Position numbers and translations under genes: made by a program. This document shows, one piece after another, positions 5,673 to 13,854 of a stretch of DNA of 46,309 bases. This DNA comes from an uncultured Planctomycetales bacterium (lineage in GTDB: Bacteria > Omnitrophota > Gorgyraeia > Zapsychrales > Zapsychraceae). The DNA lies in the NCBI GenBank assembly GCA_964364455.1, contig CAYIMR010000002.1, positions 35,911 through 82,219 on the forward strand. The letters are read 5' to 3'. Below the pieces are notes generated by a model. The model saw nothing but the letters and a program-made list of their open reading frames with translations, did no database searches and was not told the origin of the DNA. Position 1 is the stretch's first letter; each line of letters starts with the position of its first letter.

Positions 5673-8278
5673 TCAAGGATTTCTTTCAATTCCCCTAATT
5701 TATTCATCGCCTCCAACGGCGTCATGGTATCAATGTCCATCGCCCGGATCGTTTCTTTGATGGTTTCCGCCATTGGGTCGACGGGCATGTGGAACATATC
5801 CAGTTGTTTTTCCGGCGCCTGTTCGCCTTTAAGATTTTCTTTCAAGTCATTTTTCAATTCTAATTGCGTCAATATGTGTTTGGCGCGGCCGATGATCGCC
5901 TTGGGGATGCCGGCCAATTTAGCGACGTAGATGCCGTAGCTGTCATCGGTCGAGCCGGGGATGATCTTGTGCAGGAAAATGACCTCATCTTTCCATTCTT
6001 TGACCGCGACGTTATAGTTTTTTGCGCCGGAGGCGCACCCGCCTTTGGCGGATACATTTCTGTCCGCAAGCGCCGTTAACTCATGGAAGTGGGTCGCGAA
6101 AAGCGTTCGCGTTTTGGTCGTTTGCAAATGTTCGGCGATCGCCCAGGCGAGGCTTAATCCGTCGTAGGTGCTCGTTCCCCGGCCGATCTCATCAAGGATG
6201 ATGAGGCTGCGGTTGGTCATGTTGTTGAGGATATCCGCCGTTTCGTTCATCTCGACCATAAAAGTGCTTTGGCCTTTGTTGATATCATCGTGCGCGCCGA
6301 TGCGCGTGAAAATTTTGTCGACGATCCCGATATGGGCGGAGGAGGCCGGGATAAAACTTCCCATCTGGGCCATGATGGTCAGGATGGCGGTTTGCCGGAT
6401 ATAGGTGGATTTCCCGGACATGTTCGGTCCGGTCAGGACGATCAGATGATTTTCTTCGCCATCGAGCAGGGTATCATTGGGCACAAAAGGACCGGCGAGT
6501 ATTTTTTCAACGACCGGGTGGCGGCCGTCTTTGATCTCCAGCAACGTATCATCGGCGATTCCCGGGGCAATGTAGCCCGGCGATTGGGCCAGCACGCGCA
6601 GGGAGTAGAGGGTATCGAGTGTGGCGATGTTTTGGCAAAATTGATGAAGCCGCGCCGAATGCGCCAGGACCTCCTGCTGGATTTCCTGCACGAGCGCGTT
6701 CTCGATCTTGGAGATCTTTTCTTCGGCGGTAAGGATCTTTTCTTCATATTCTTTGAGCGCGGGCGTGATGTATCGTTCGCCGTTAACGAGCGTTTGTTTG
6801 CGGATATAATCCTGTGGCGCAAGATGCTGGTTCGCCTTGGTGATCTCGATGTAGTATCCGAAAACCTGGTTGAACCCGACTTTAAGCGAATTGATCCCCG
6901 TGCGTTCGATCTCGTTTTCCTGGAATTTTTTAAGCCACTGCCGTCCGTTTTCTTGGATATCACGCAAGCTATCAAGTTCAGCGTGATATCCAACGCGGAT
7001 GATCTTTCCTTCGGGATGGGCGAGAGGGATCGTTTCATTGACGGCGCGGTCCAAATATTGGCGCAGGTCAGGGATGTCTTCGCAATCAAACAGGGAATTC
7101 CGGGACATGACGGGGTTGACCGCGTTCTGGATTGCGGGCAAAAGCGCTAACGTATTGCGGATCGCCAAAAGGTCTTTGGCGTGGGTGTAACCGCAACTTA
7201 ACCGTGAGATGTTTTTTTCAAGGTCTGGAATTTTATCGAGAAGATCTTTCAACTGCCGGCAGACTTCAGGATGGGCGCTTAACAGCCGGATAGCATCCTG
7301 GCGTTCGATAATATCCGGCACGTTTTTCAAGGGATGCGTCAGCCAGAACCGGAACATCCGCCGGCCCAGCGGCGTCAAAGTATGATCGAGCGTTTCGATG
7401 AGCGTGTCTAATTCCAGGCCGCGCGCGGCCGCCGGGGAGATAAAGACATAATCGTCGTCGTTGTACAGGGCGATACGGTCGATGTGTCTGAGCGGCTGTT
7501 TGTTCATCTCCCGCAGATATTCCAACAGCGCGCCGGCGCTTGAGGTGGCGCTGGTGAGTTCTTCGATGCCAAATCCATGAAGGTTGTGGACGGCAAAATG
7601 TTCGCACAGTGTTTTTCTGGCGATATCCTGGTTGAAGGACCATTCTCCGTACGGGCTTAAGGCGATATTTTTCGCGCGTAAAAGCGGATGTTCAAAAATA
7701 GGTTTGATTTTCGCTTCGGGTTCTTCCCCCTGCGGGTAAACGCATTCACAAATGGGGAGCTTGGCGATGAGTTCCGCCAGCCGCCCGTATCCCAGGGGAT
7801 ACTGGTTCGTTTGAATGGTCCCGCTGGTCGGATCGGTGAACGCAACTCCGATATTCTTTTCGTTGGGGCTTAAACACAACAGATACCGCGCGTCGCTGTT
7901 GTGCTCATCGAGATAGGTGCCGGCGGTGATGACGCGGATGACGTCGCGCCGGACAATGCCCTTGGCGAGCGCGGGCCGCCCATGGCGAGCCTCGCCTTCG
8001 GCGGGGTCTTCCATCTGTTCGCAAATGGCGACTTTGTAGCCGGATCTGATGATCCTGGCGATGTAATTGTCGGCGGCGTGCCAGGGCACCCCGCACATGG
8101 GGATCTTGTTCGAAGAACCTTTGCCGCGGGAGGTCAAAACGAGATCAAGCGTCCTGGATGCCAGCTTGGCATCATCATAAAACATCTCATAGAAATCGCC
8201 GAGGCGAAATAAGAGGATGCAGTCTTTGTGCTTCTCTTTTATAGAGCGGTACTGCGCGAGCATGGGGGTTTCGGACAT
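5660..8278 (-). CDS. mutS: DNA mismatch repair protein MutS
   Basis: MLAQYRSIKEKHKDCILLFRLGDFYEMFYDDA at the N-terminus, Walker A GPNMSGKSTYIRQ, STFMVEM and DEIGRGTSTYDG. Confidence 0.97.
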   Translation of the reverse strand: MSETPMLAQYRSIKEKHKDCILLFRLGDFYEMFYDDAKLASRTLDLVLTSRGKGSSNKIPMCGVPWHAADNYIARIIRSGYKVAICEQMEDPAEGEARHGRPALAKGIVRRDVIRVITAGTYLDEHNSDARYLLCLSPNEKNIGVAFTDPTSGTIQTNQYPLGYGRLAELIAKLPICECVYPQGEEPEAKIKPIFEHPLLRAKNIALSPYGEWSFNQDIARKTLCEHFAVHNLHGFGIEELTSATSSAGALLEYLREMNKQPLRHIDRIALYNDDDYVFISPAAARGLELDTLIETLDHTLTPLGRRMFRFWLTHPLKNVPDIIERQDAIRLLSAHPEVCRQLKDLLDKIPDLEKNISRLSCGYTHAKDLLAIRNTLALLPAIQNAVNPVMSRNSLFDCEDIPDLRQYLDRAVNETIPLAHPEGKIIRVGYHAELDSLRDIQENGRQWLKKFQENEIERTGINSLKVGFNQVFGYYIEITKANQHLAPQDYIRKQTLVNGERYITPALKEYEEKILTAEEKISKIENALVQEIQQEVLAHSARLHQFCQNIATLDTLYSLRVLAQSPGYIAPGIADDTLLEIKDGRHPVVEKILAGPFVPNDTLLDGEENHLIVLTGPNMSGKSTYIRQTAILTIMAQMGSFIPASSAHIGIVDKIFTRIGAHDDINKGQSTFMVEMNETADILNNMTNRSLIILDEIGRGTSTYDGLSLAWAIAEHLQTTKTRTLFATHFHELTALADRNVSAKGGCASGAKNYNVAVKEWKDEVIFLHKIIPGSTDDSYGIYVAKLAGIPKAIIGRAKHILTQLELKNDLKENLKGEQAPEKQLDMFHMPVDPMAETIKETIRAMDIDTMTPLEAMNKLGELKEILEDRR
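6023..6051. repeat. two small GC-rich hairpins in frame inside mutS
   Basis: TGCGCC-GGA-GGCGCA (6023-6037) and CCGCC-TTT-GGCGG (6039-6051). They encode the AKGGCASGA segment. Confidence 0.6.
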
Positions 8279-8385
8279 GGGGGATATATGCTCTGATTCA
8301 ACGATAACCGATTGATGGGCTGAATTCTATCATAAATCTCAAATAAGTGGAACAGAAAATTGGCAAGCTATGCTATACTTTTACT

Positions 8386-8826
8386 GTGGGCAATGCGCAT
8401 CGAACAAAACGGGCGTCCGGCTTCACCATGATCGAGCTTATGACCGTGGTCGTCGTCATCGGCATTTTGGCCGCTATCGCGTTCCCGAGCTACCGGATCC
8501 AGATGAGCAAAATGAGGAATCAGGAAGCGATCCGCGCGCTTATGGCCGTCTGGGACGCGCAGAAAGATTATTACCGGACCAATGGCGCCTATGCGGCGAT
8601 TATGGGGGATCTCGACGTCGAGTTTCCTTCGGGGTTGAAACATTTTAGCGGGCCGAATGTCATCGCCGGCGCTCCGGGTTCATGCGGCGGCCCCCCCACG
8701 CCGGTCCTGGCGACGGCGGTATCTCTGACGGAAGTGTATACCCTCTCGGCTTTGGACGACGGCCGCGTTGTTTGCTCTCCCTGCGGTGACGCGCGGTGCA
8801 CAAAGATGGGATTCCCCGGCTGGTGA
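8386..8826 (+). CDS. type IV pilin-like protein (prepilin N-terminal cleavage/methylation domain)
   Basis: G/FTMIELMTVVVVIGILAAIAFPSY is the class III signal and N-terminal helix. The track ORF starts at GTG 8347. GTG 8386 would give a 12-aa leader (MGNAHRTKRASG), which is more typical. Confidence 0.8.
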   Translation: MGNAHRTKRASGFTMIELMTVVVVIGILAAIAFPSYRIQMSKMRNQEAIRALMAVWDAQKDYYRTNGAYAAIMGDLDVEFPSGLKHFSGPNVIAGAPGSCGGPPTPVLATAVSLTEVYTLSALDDGRVVCSPCGDARCTKMGFPGW

Positions 8827-8852
8827 TGGCGATCATTCTTCCGGGTTTGGCG
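8823..8852 (+). repeat. left copy of a 30-bp direct repeat flanking the TA cassette (relic of the CPBP gene 5' end)
   Basis: GTGATGGCGATCATTCTTCCGGGTTTGGCG here versus GTGATGGCGATTGTTCTTCTTGGTTTGGCG at 9731-9760, 26 of 30 identical. This copy encodes MAIILPGLA, compared with MAIVLLGLA at the real gene start. Confidence 0.8.
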
Positions 8853-8866
8853 GCTAAAACAAAGAG

Positions 8867-8895
8867 TTGAAAATTTTTATTTTTTGTGGTATGCT
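8867..8895 (+). promoter_or_regulatory. sigma70-like promoter of the TA cassette
   Basis: TTGAAA (8867-8872), 17-nt spacer, TATGCT (8890-8895), with TG at -15/-14 giving an extended -10. Confidence 0.5.
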
Positions 8896-8897
8896 TT

Positions 8898-8930
8898 AGT
8901 AGGAAAGTAGGAAATAGTAGGAAAGGAAGG
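8898..8930 (+). promoter_or_regulatory. three direct AGTAGGAA repeats between the -10 and the RBS; possible AbrB-antitoxin operator
   Basis: The sequence is AGTAGGAA AGTAGGAAAT AGTAGGAAAGGAAGG. It ends in the RBS of the antitoxin gene. Confidence 0.4.
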
Positions 8931-8935
8931 ATTTT

Positions 8936-9178
8936 ATGGTTACGCGCATGAGGGAAAAAGGACAGGTCACCATTCCGGCACAGATACGGGAATCCCTGCA
9001 TCTGTCGAAGGATTCTTTGTTGTCTGTTGCCCGGGTCGGTGACGGGATTTTGTTGACACCGGGCCCCTCCGTCTTTGAATCCGTCTCGGCAAAGTTCGCG
9101 AAACAGGCGAAAGAAAAAGGTATCACCCTCCAGGATCTTTTGAAGGATTTGAAAAAAATCCGGCATCAAGAGTCGTAG
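8936..9178 (+). CDS. AbrB/SpoVT-family antitoxin
   Basis: GQVTIPAQIRESLHLSKDSLLSV is the SpoVT-AbrB swapped-hairpin motif. The protein is 80 aa, and the PIN gene starts immediately after its stop codon. Confidence 0.8.
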   Translation: MVTRMREKGQVTIPAQIRESLHLSKDSLLSVARVGDGILLTPGPSVFESVSAKFAKQAKEKGITLQDLLKDLKKIRHQES

Positions 9179-9640
9179 ATGGCCCTTCCTCAATACAGGA
9201 TTTTTTTCGATACGAGTGTGTATATCGCCGCCTTGCTTTCTCCCTGCGGCGCCGCCGGAGAACTCGTGCGTCTGGCTGAAACCGGTGTTATCCGGATGGT
9301 CGTTTCTGAAGAAGTGATCGTTGAGGCTGACCGGGTTTTGGCGGGGAAATTTCCGGAGTTAATCCAGGAAAGCCGCGGATTATGGAAACATCTCAACCCT
9401 GAAATGGCGCCCGATCCGACGGCAAGTCAAATCAAACCTTTCTTAGAGAAGCTCTCCAAAGGCGACGCTTCGATCCTTTGCGCGGCCCATCTGGCTTCTC
9501 CGAAGGTTTCAGCGTTTGTTACCTGGAATACCCGCGATTTTATGGCGCAGGGCGTTTCTTCCTTGGTGGATTGTCCGGTGGTTGTCCCGGCAGATTGCCT
9601 TATCCTTTTTAGAAAATGGGTAGCCCCTTTTTTGCGTTAA
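9179..9640 (+). CDS. PIN-domain toxin (PIN_3-like)
   Basis: FFDTSVYIAALLS (first acidic residue), SEEVIVEADRVL, GDASILCAAHLA and VTWNTRDF, in the order expected for PIN acidic residues. Confidence 0.8.
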   Translation: MALPQYRIFFDTSVYIAALLSPCGAAGELVRLAETGVIRMVVSEEVIVEADRVLAGKFPELIQESRGLWKHLNPEMAPDPTASQIKPFLEKLSKGDASILCAAHLASPKVSAFVTWNTRDFMAQGVSSLVDCPVVVPADCLILFRKWVAPFLR

Positions 9641-9730
9641 AATCATTATCCTTGAAAATTCAAATATATAGTTTGGTTTTTCAATGATGCGGAAGAAAAG
9701 CTACCGGATTCAGATGGAATTTTCCGACCT

Positions 9731-9760
9731 GTGATGGCGATTGTTCTTCTTGGTTTGGCG
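9731..9760 (+). repeat. right copy of the 30-bp direct repeat flanking the TA cassette
   Basis: See 8823-8852. Confidence 0.8.
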
Positions 9761-10729
9761 CTGATTGTTTATCTGGACGCCCGGATGCTGCGCCGGCTAT
9801 GCCGGCGCAGCCGTCGCGATGGGCGTTTGTTCAATGACGTATTTGCCGTTTCCCCGGTTTTAACCGTTATTATCGCGGGGTTAATTTTATTTCATCTTTT
9901 TGTCGTTGAGAACTCTCCGCAAAACCTGCCACAATTCCTTTTTGTCGCTTTGTTGCCGATCTACCTTTTGCGCCGGATACGTTTTCTAAAATCCGTTGGT
10001 GGCAGGGACAGGCCTAGGCCTGTCCCTACGGAGACCGAAACCCTGGTTTCCGACGCGTATAACGTCATCCTGATCTGGTTTCTGGCCATGGTCGTCACCG
10101 GCGCTTTTTTCAAAAGCGCTGGTGAAATATTCCCGGTATTTGAATCCCGAATGGGACAACTGCTTCTGTCCGCGGTTTTTTCCTCGGCCATCGCGCTTGT
10201 CCTGATCGCCAGGGCGTCACAAAAATTTTCTGATCAAGGATTTCTTTACAATGCCGGATTGCGTAAAGGCGAGAAATCCGTCATGGAGGTGTTCGTTGTC
10301 CCGGCGCTGGTCGGGGTGTTTTTTGCCGTCGTTTCTTCAGCGATCATCTGGCTGCGCCACGTGCAGCCGGTGACGCCTTTAAGCGCGGTCGTTGCCGCGA
10401 CGGATTCGGTTTGGTTGTTCGCGATATTTTTGGCCATGGCGATCCTGGTGGCGCCTTTGATCGAAGAGATCATCTTCCGGGGATATTTTTTCCACGTCAT
10501 CCACCGGGCCAAAGGCGAGCGGTCCGCCATTTATGTTATTTCCCTGGTGTTCGCTTTTCTTCACGTCGGGCAATATTGGGGGGACTGGCCCGCGATTGTG
10601 ATGGTCATGCTGCTGGGCTTTGCCTTGGCGATTTTACGGGCCCGGACGGGAACGACGCTGGCGAGTATCATTGCCCATTACGCATATAACGCCGGAGTGA
10701 CCATTATTCCATTCTATATGGTCAAATAG
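9731..10729 (+). CDS. CPBP-family intramembrane glutamic endopeptidase (CAAX protease-like)
   Basis: EEIIFRG, FAFLH and HYAYN motifs in a polytopic membrane protein. ATG 9734 is the likely start. It contains a palindromic insert at 10004-10031. Confidence 0.85.
   Translation: MMAIVLLGLALIVYLDARMLRRLCRRSRRDGRLFNDVFAVSPVLTVIIAGLILFHLFVVENSPQNLPQFLFVALLPIYLLRRIRFLKSVGGRDRPRPVPTETETLVSDAYNVILIWFLAMVVTGAFFKSAGEIFPVFESRMGQLLLSAVFSSAIALVLIARASQKFSDQGFLYNAGLRKGEKSVMEVFVVPALVGVFFAVVSSAIIWLRHVQPVTPLSAVVAATDSVWLFAIFLAMAILVAPLIEEIIFRGYFFHVIHRAKGERSAIYVISLVFAFLHVGQYWGDWPAIVMVMLLGFALAILRARTGTTLASIIAHYAYNAGVTIIPFYMVK
10004..10031. repeat. family-A GC-rich palindrome in frame inside the CPBP protease gene
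   Basis: AGGGACAGGCCTAGGCCTGTCCCTACGG, translated as RDRPRPVPT in a loop between TM segments. Confidence 0.9.
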
Positions 10730-10741
10730 CTATCATCCTGC

Positions 10742-10770
10742 TTGACAGTTTTGGGTAAATGTATGAGAAT
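10742..10770 (+). promoter_or_regulatory. possible promoter of the merR-secretin pair
   Basis: TTGACA (10742-10747), 17-nt spacer, GAGAAT (10765-10770). It is followed by a GCTATC-n6-GATAGC palindrome. Confidence 0.35.
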
Positions 10771-10794
10771 GCTATCTACTTGGATAGCAATAAT

Positions 10795-10870
10795 AAGTCG
10801 TAAGCGATAAGTCGTAAGCAAAGAATTTGATATTTTTTTGGCTTACCACTTATGGCTTGCGACTTACGAC
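10795..10870. repeat. heptamer-word inverted array (AAGTCGT/AAGCGAT words)
   Basis: AAGTCGTAAGCGATAAGTCGTAAGC pairs with GCTTACCACTTATGGCTTGCGACTTACGAC. Confidence 0.75.
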
Positions 10871-10878
10871 TAAATTTC

Positions 10879-11112
10879 ATGAAGAACATTTACCTCCTCA
10901 AAGACCTCGCCAAGCTCAGCGGGCATTCGACGCACACCCTGAAATATTATCTGCGGCTCGGGCTTTTCAGGGAGATTGGCCGTTCCCCAGCGACGAATTT
11001 CCGTTATTTTGATGATTCCTCCTGCGAACAATTAAAGAGGATACGCCGGCTCCAGAAGGAAAAATATTCCTTGAAAGAGATCTGCGAGCGGCTGGGCAAG
11101 AATGATGATTAG
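10879..11112 (+). CDS. minimal MerR-family transcriptional regulator
   Basis: MKNIYLLKDLAKLSGHSTHTLKYYLRLGL is a MerR HTH followed by a short coiled coil. The track start at 10852 lies inside the repeat array, so ATG 10879 is preferred. Confidence 0.85.
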   Translation: MKNIYLLKDLAKLSGHSTHTLKYYLRLGLFREIGRSPATNFRYFDDSSCEQLKRIRRLQKEKYSLKEICERLGKNDD

Positions 11113-12598
11113 AAAATGTATTTTTATTTTGATGATGGCCATTTGGGCCGCGGGTGGGACCCCTACGGGCCGCGCGCGGGCGCAATCTTTGAACGCGGTT
11201 TCAAACAGCGTCTCACAGCCGGATGGCCCTGAAACGACGACGTCCGCTGAAGTGACTGCCGCGAAAGTCGTTAAAACAACACTCGACACACTGGATGTCC
11301 AGGAAATGGACATTAAAGAGGTCCTCAAGAGAATAGCTTTTCAAAGCGGCCTTGAGATCATTTTAGACGAAGATATCAGCGCGCGGGTGACGATCTATTT
11401 GAAGGACGTCGATGTTTTTGACGCTTTGCGGATCATCCTGGATACCAATAACCTGGCTTACAGCCAGGATCCTGGAGAGACAGAAGGCAGGCAGGCCGCG
11501 GCCGTGCATGTGATGACGGCCCGGAATTTCGAGGGCCGCTTCGGTTATCCGTTCAGCCAGAAGATCCAAACGAAGATCATCCCGCTTTCCCACGCGCGGC
11601 CTGAGAAGGTAAGCGCGCTTTTGGACAAGATGAAAGGCGCGGCCGGCAAGGTCATTTACAGCGAGGGCACCAGATCGTTTATTCTCATCGACGCTGCGCA
11701 ACAGCTCACGTCCATGAGCGATCTTGTCCGGGAGATGGACGTTCCCGTGGAATCCAAAACGTTTGATCTGCGTCACGTAAAAGCCAGGGACATGGCCCCG
11801 CGTATCCAGGAATTCTTGACCAGGAACGTCGGGAGGGTCGAATTCGGCGAACGCGAAACGGCCTTGACCATCGATGACACGCCGGCGCGGCTCGTGGAGA
11901 TCGGTAAACGTATTGAAGAGCTCGACAAACCCGCCAAGGAGGTTTTTCTTGATGTCAAGATCCTTCAGATCATCCTGAACGACGAAAACCGCCAGGGAGT
12001 TGACTGGGAGGCGATCGTTTCCGATTATCAGAGTTTTCCTTTCACGGGTTTTGAGGGAAAAGGGGCCGGCATTCTAAGCGTTGGAACTGTTTCGGAAGAA
12101 GATTATGTCGTGCTCCTGGATGCCTTGGACACCGTCGGCATGCTTAATACGGTATCGAATTTGAAAATGACGGCGGGTGCCGCGGGGCGTAATGAAATTT
12201 TGATCCGGGGCAAGGACTTGCTGGCGGATTTTGAGCCGCAGGAACCGCAGGAGGGGTTGACGGGCAAAACGGAAGTGCTTTATGGTGTTGGTTCCAGGCT
12301 GGGAGATGACGCGCAGATCATGTTGGAGATCCAGCCACAGGTGCTGGGTGAGTCTGTCCCGCTCCGCGGGACCTACTCGGCCGGTGAGAAAAAAGGCCTA
12401 ACGCTCAAACTTCAGGAAGGCACCACGGTTGTCGTCGGCGGGCTGTTCAAGAGCGTTCATGTTGAGGCAACACGCAAGATCCCCTTACTCGGCGATCTGC
12501 CGTTATTGGGGTTCGCGTTCCGGCTGCAGGGACAACGCCTGCGGGAAACGGAGATCATCGTCTTTTTAACGCCGAAGGTGGTTGTGAAAGAAAAGTAA
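11102..12598 (+). CDS. secretin (short PilQ/GspD-family outer-membrane channel)
   Basis: A signal peptide is present. The N-domain reads DVQEMDIKEVLKRIAFQSGLEIILDEDI. The C-terminal secretin domain reads GTTVVVGGLF..KIPLLGDLPLLGFAFR..TEIIVFLTPKVV. It overlaps the merR stop by 11 nt. Confidence 0.85.
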   Translation: MMIRKCIFILMMAIWAAGGTPTGRARAQSLNAVSNSVSQPDGPETTTSAEVTAAKVVKTTLDTLDVQEMDIKEVLKRIAFQSGLEIILDEDISARVTIYLKDVDVFDALRIILDTNNLAYSQDPGETEGRQAAAVHVMTARNFEGRFGYPFSQKIQTKIIPLSHARPEKVSALLDKMKGAAGKVIYSEGTRSFILIDAAQQLTSMSDLVREMDVPVESKTFDLRHVKARDMAPRIQEFLTRNVGRVEFGERETALTIDDTPARLVEIGKRIEELDKPAKEVFLDVKILQIILNDENRQGVDWEAIVSDYQSFPFTGFEGKGAGILSVGTVSEEDYVVLLDALDTVGMLNTVSNLKMTAGAAGRNEILIRGKDLLADFEPQEPQEGLTGKTEVLYGVGSRLGDDAQIMLEIQPQVLGESVPLRGTYSAGEKKGLTLKLQEGTTVVVGGLFKSVHVEATRKIPLLGDLPLLGFAFRLQGQRLRETEIIVFLTPKVVVKEK

Positions 12599-12726
12599 GA
12601 AGTAAAGAGTGAGAAGTAAGAAGAGTAAAGAAAAAAGGTGGATAATGTAAAACTGAGGTAATCAGGCAGGCAAAATCCAAACCGGCGTTATTTTTTTTAC
12701 TTCTTACTTCCTTCTTCTTACTTCTA
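12594..12726. repeat. heptamer-word inverted array (AGTAAGA words) with a ~65-nt loop
   Basis: AGTAAGAAGTAAAGAGTGAGAAGTAAGAAGAGTAAAG pairs with TTTACTTCTTACTTCCTTCTTCTTACTTCTA. Confidence 0.75.
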
Positions 12727-12735
12727 ACTTTTACC

Positions 12736-13854
12736 GTGTATATGCTTCGAAATCATTTTTCAATTTGGCTGCTTATCTTGTCCCTCGCGCTGTTCGCCAG
12801 CGGCTGCGCGACAGTCCCCGGTGGGCGGATGACGGATTCCTCCCCGCGGCCAAAGGCTCCCCGCGGGGAGGGAGCCTTTGGCCGCAAGCGGATCTACCTT
12901 AAGGACCTGTGCGACCGGTATTCGCTCGCTTGGCAATGGGACCATATTTCCCAGACGGTGGACCTGAAAATAGACGGCATCAATGTCCGTCTTCTGGTCG
13001 GTAGCAGCGTCTTGTTGCTGGGCAAGGAGCAGGTCAGGCTGAACACTCCGGTTTTGATCGACCAGAGTTCGGTGATGCTGCCCTATGATTTCAAGGCAAA
13101 GGTGATGGACAGATTCCCAGATTTATTTACCGCGAAGGCGCCATCACGATCGCGGGTCACGCGGGTCCCGCGCGTGTTCCGCAAGCTCCGGGAAGTGGTC
13201 ATCGATGCCGGTCACGGCGGCAAAGATCCCGGCGCCATCGGCGTCACAGGCATGAAGGAAAAGACGGTCGTTCTTGATGTTGCCCAGCGGCTAAAAAAGT
13301 TACTGGAGGCCGCGGGGGTCAAGGTGACGATGACCCGCAAAGACGATACGTTCATTTCCCTGCAGGAGCGTACCGAGATCGCCAGCCGATCCAAGGCGGA
13401 TCTGTTTATCAGCATCCACGCGAACGCGAGCTCCGCGCGCAGCGTCCACGGCGTGGAGGCGTATTGTTTGAAGGATTTAGGGACACTTGAGAAAAATGAG
13501 GCCCAGCGCCAGTCGAACCATAAATTGATGTTCAAAAATCTGGCCATGAAAAAAGGTTCTTTGAACCTTGAGGATATCGTTGAGGATATGCTTTATACGC
13601 ACAAGCAGAGCGTTTCTCCAACACTGACGGCAAAACTTGCGGGCCGGGTGGCCCAGACGGCCAAGGCGAATGATCGGGGCGATAAGCAGTCGCGTTTTTT
13701 TGTCCTGCGCAACACGTTGATCCCGGCGGTGTTGGTGGAGATCGGTTTCGTGACCAATCCTAAAGAGGGGCGGTTACTGAAGACCGGCGATTACCGGCAG
13801 AGAATCGCCGAGGGACTGGCGAACGGGATTTTGGGATACAGGGATGGGAAATAA
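12736..13854 (+). CDS. N-acetylmuramoyl-L-alanine amidase (Amidase_3), lipoprotein
   Basis: Lipobox LFASGC, VVIDAGHGGKDPGAIG and DLFISIHANAS. It contains a 39-nt palindromic insert at 12847-12885. Confidence 0.9.
   Translation: MYMLRNHFSIWLLILSLALFASGCATVPGGRMTDSSPRPKAPRGEGAFGRKRIYLKDLCDRYSLAWQWDHISQTVDLKIDGINVRLLVGSSVLLLGKEQVRLNTPVLIDQSSVMLPYDFKAKVMDRFPDLFTAKAPSRSRVTRVPRVFRKLREVVIDAGHGGKDPGAIGVTGMKEKTVVLDVAQRLKKLLEAAGVKVTMTRKDDTFISLQERTEIASRSKADLFISIHANASSARSVHGVEAYCLKDLGTLEKNEAQRQSNHKLMFKNLAMKKGSLNLEDIVEDMLYTHKQSVSPTLTAKLAGRVAQTAKANDRGDKQSRFFVLRNTLIPAVLVEIGFVTNPKEGRLLKTGDYRQRIAEGLANGILGYRDGK
12847..12885. repeat. family-B 39-nt hairpin element in frame inside the amidase gene
   Basis: CGGCCAAAGGCTCCCCGCGGGGAGGGAGCCTTTGGCCGC with a 14-bp stem. 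Translated as RPKAPRGEGAFGR. Confidence 0.9.

Noticed and set aside
6269-7150. 293-aa plus-strand ORF inside mutS, together with similar long antisense or out-of-frame ORFs: 24394-25233, 42147-43049, 43056-44135, 41340-42020 and 21979-22662.
   Set aside because: They lie entirely within strongly supported conserved genes on the opposite strand or in another frame. They have Arg/Gly/Pro/Asp-rich shadow-ORF composition and no recognisable motifs. Such ORFs are typical of GC-rich coding DNA.
8660-9193. 177-aa minus-strand ORF spanning the pilin end and the antitoxin gene.
   Set aside because: It is antisense to two motif-supported genes and to a promoter. Its sequence is low-complexity with no recognisable domain.
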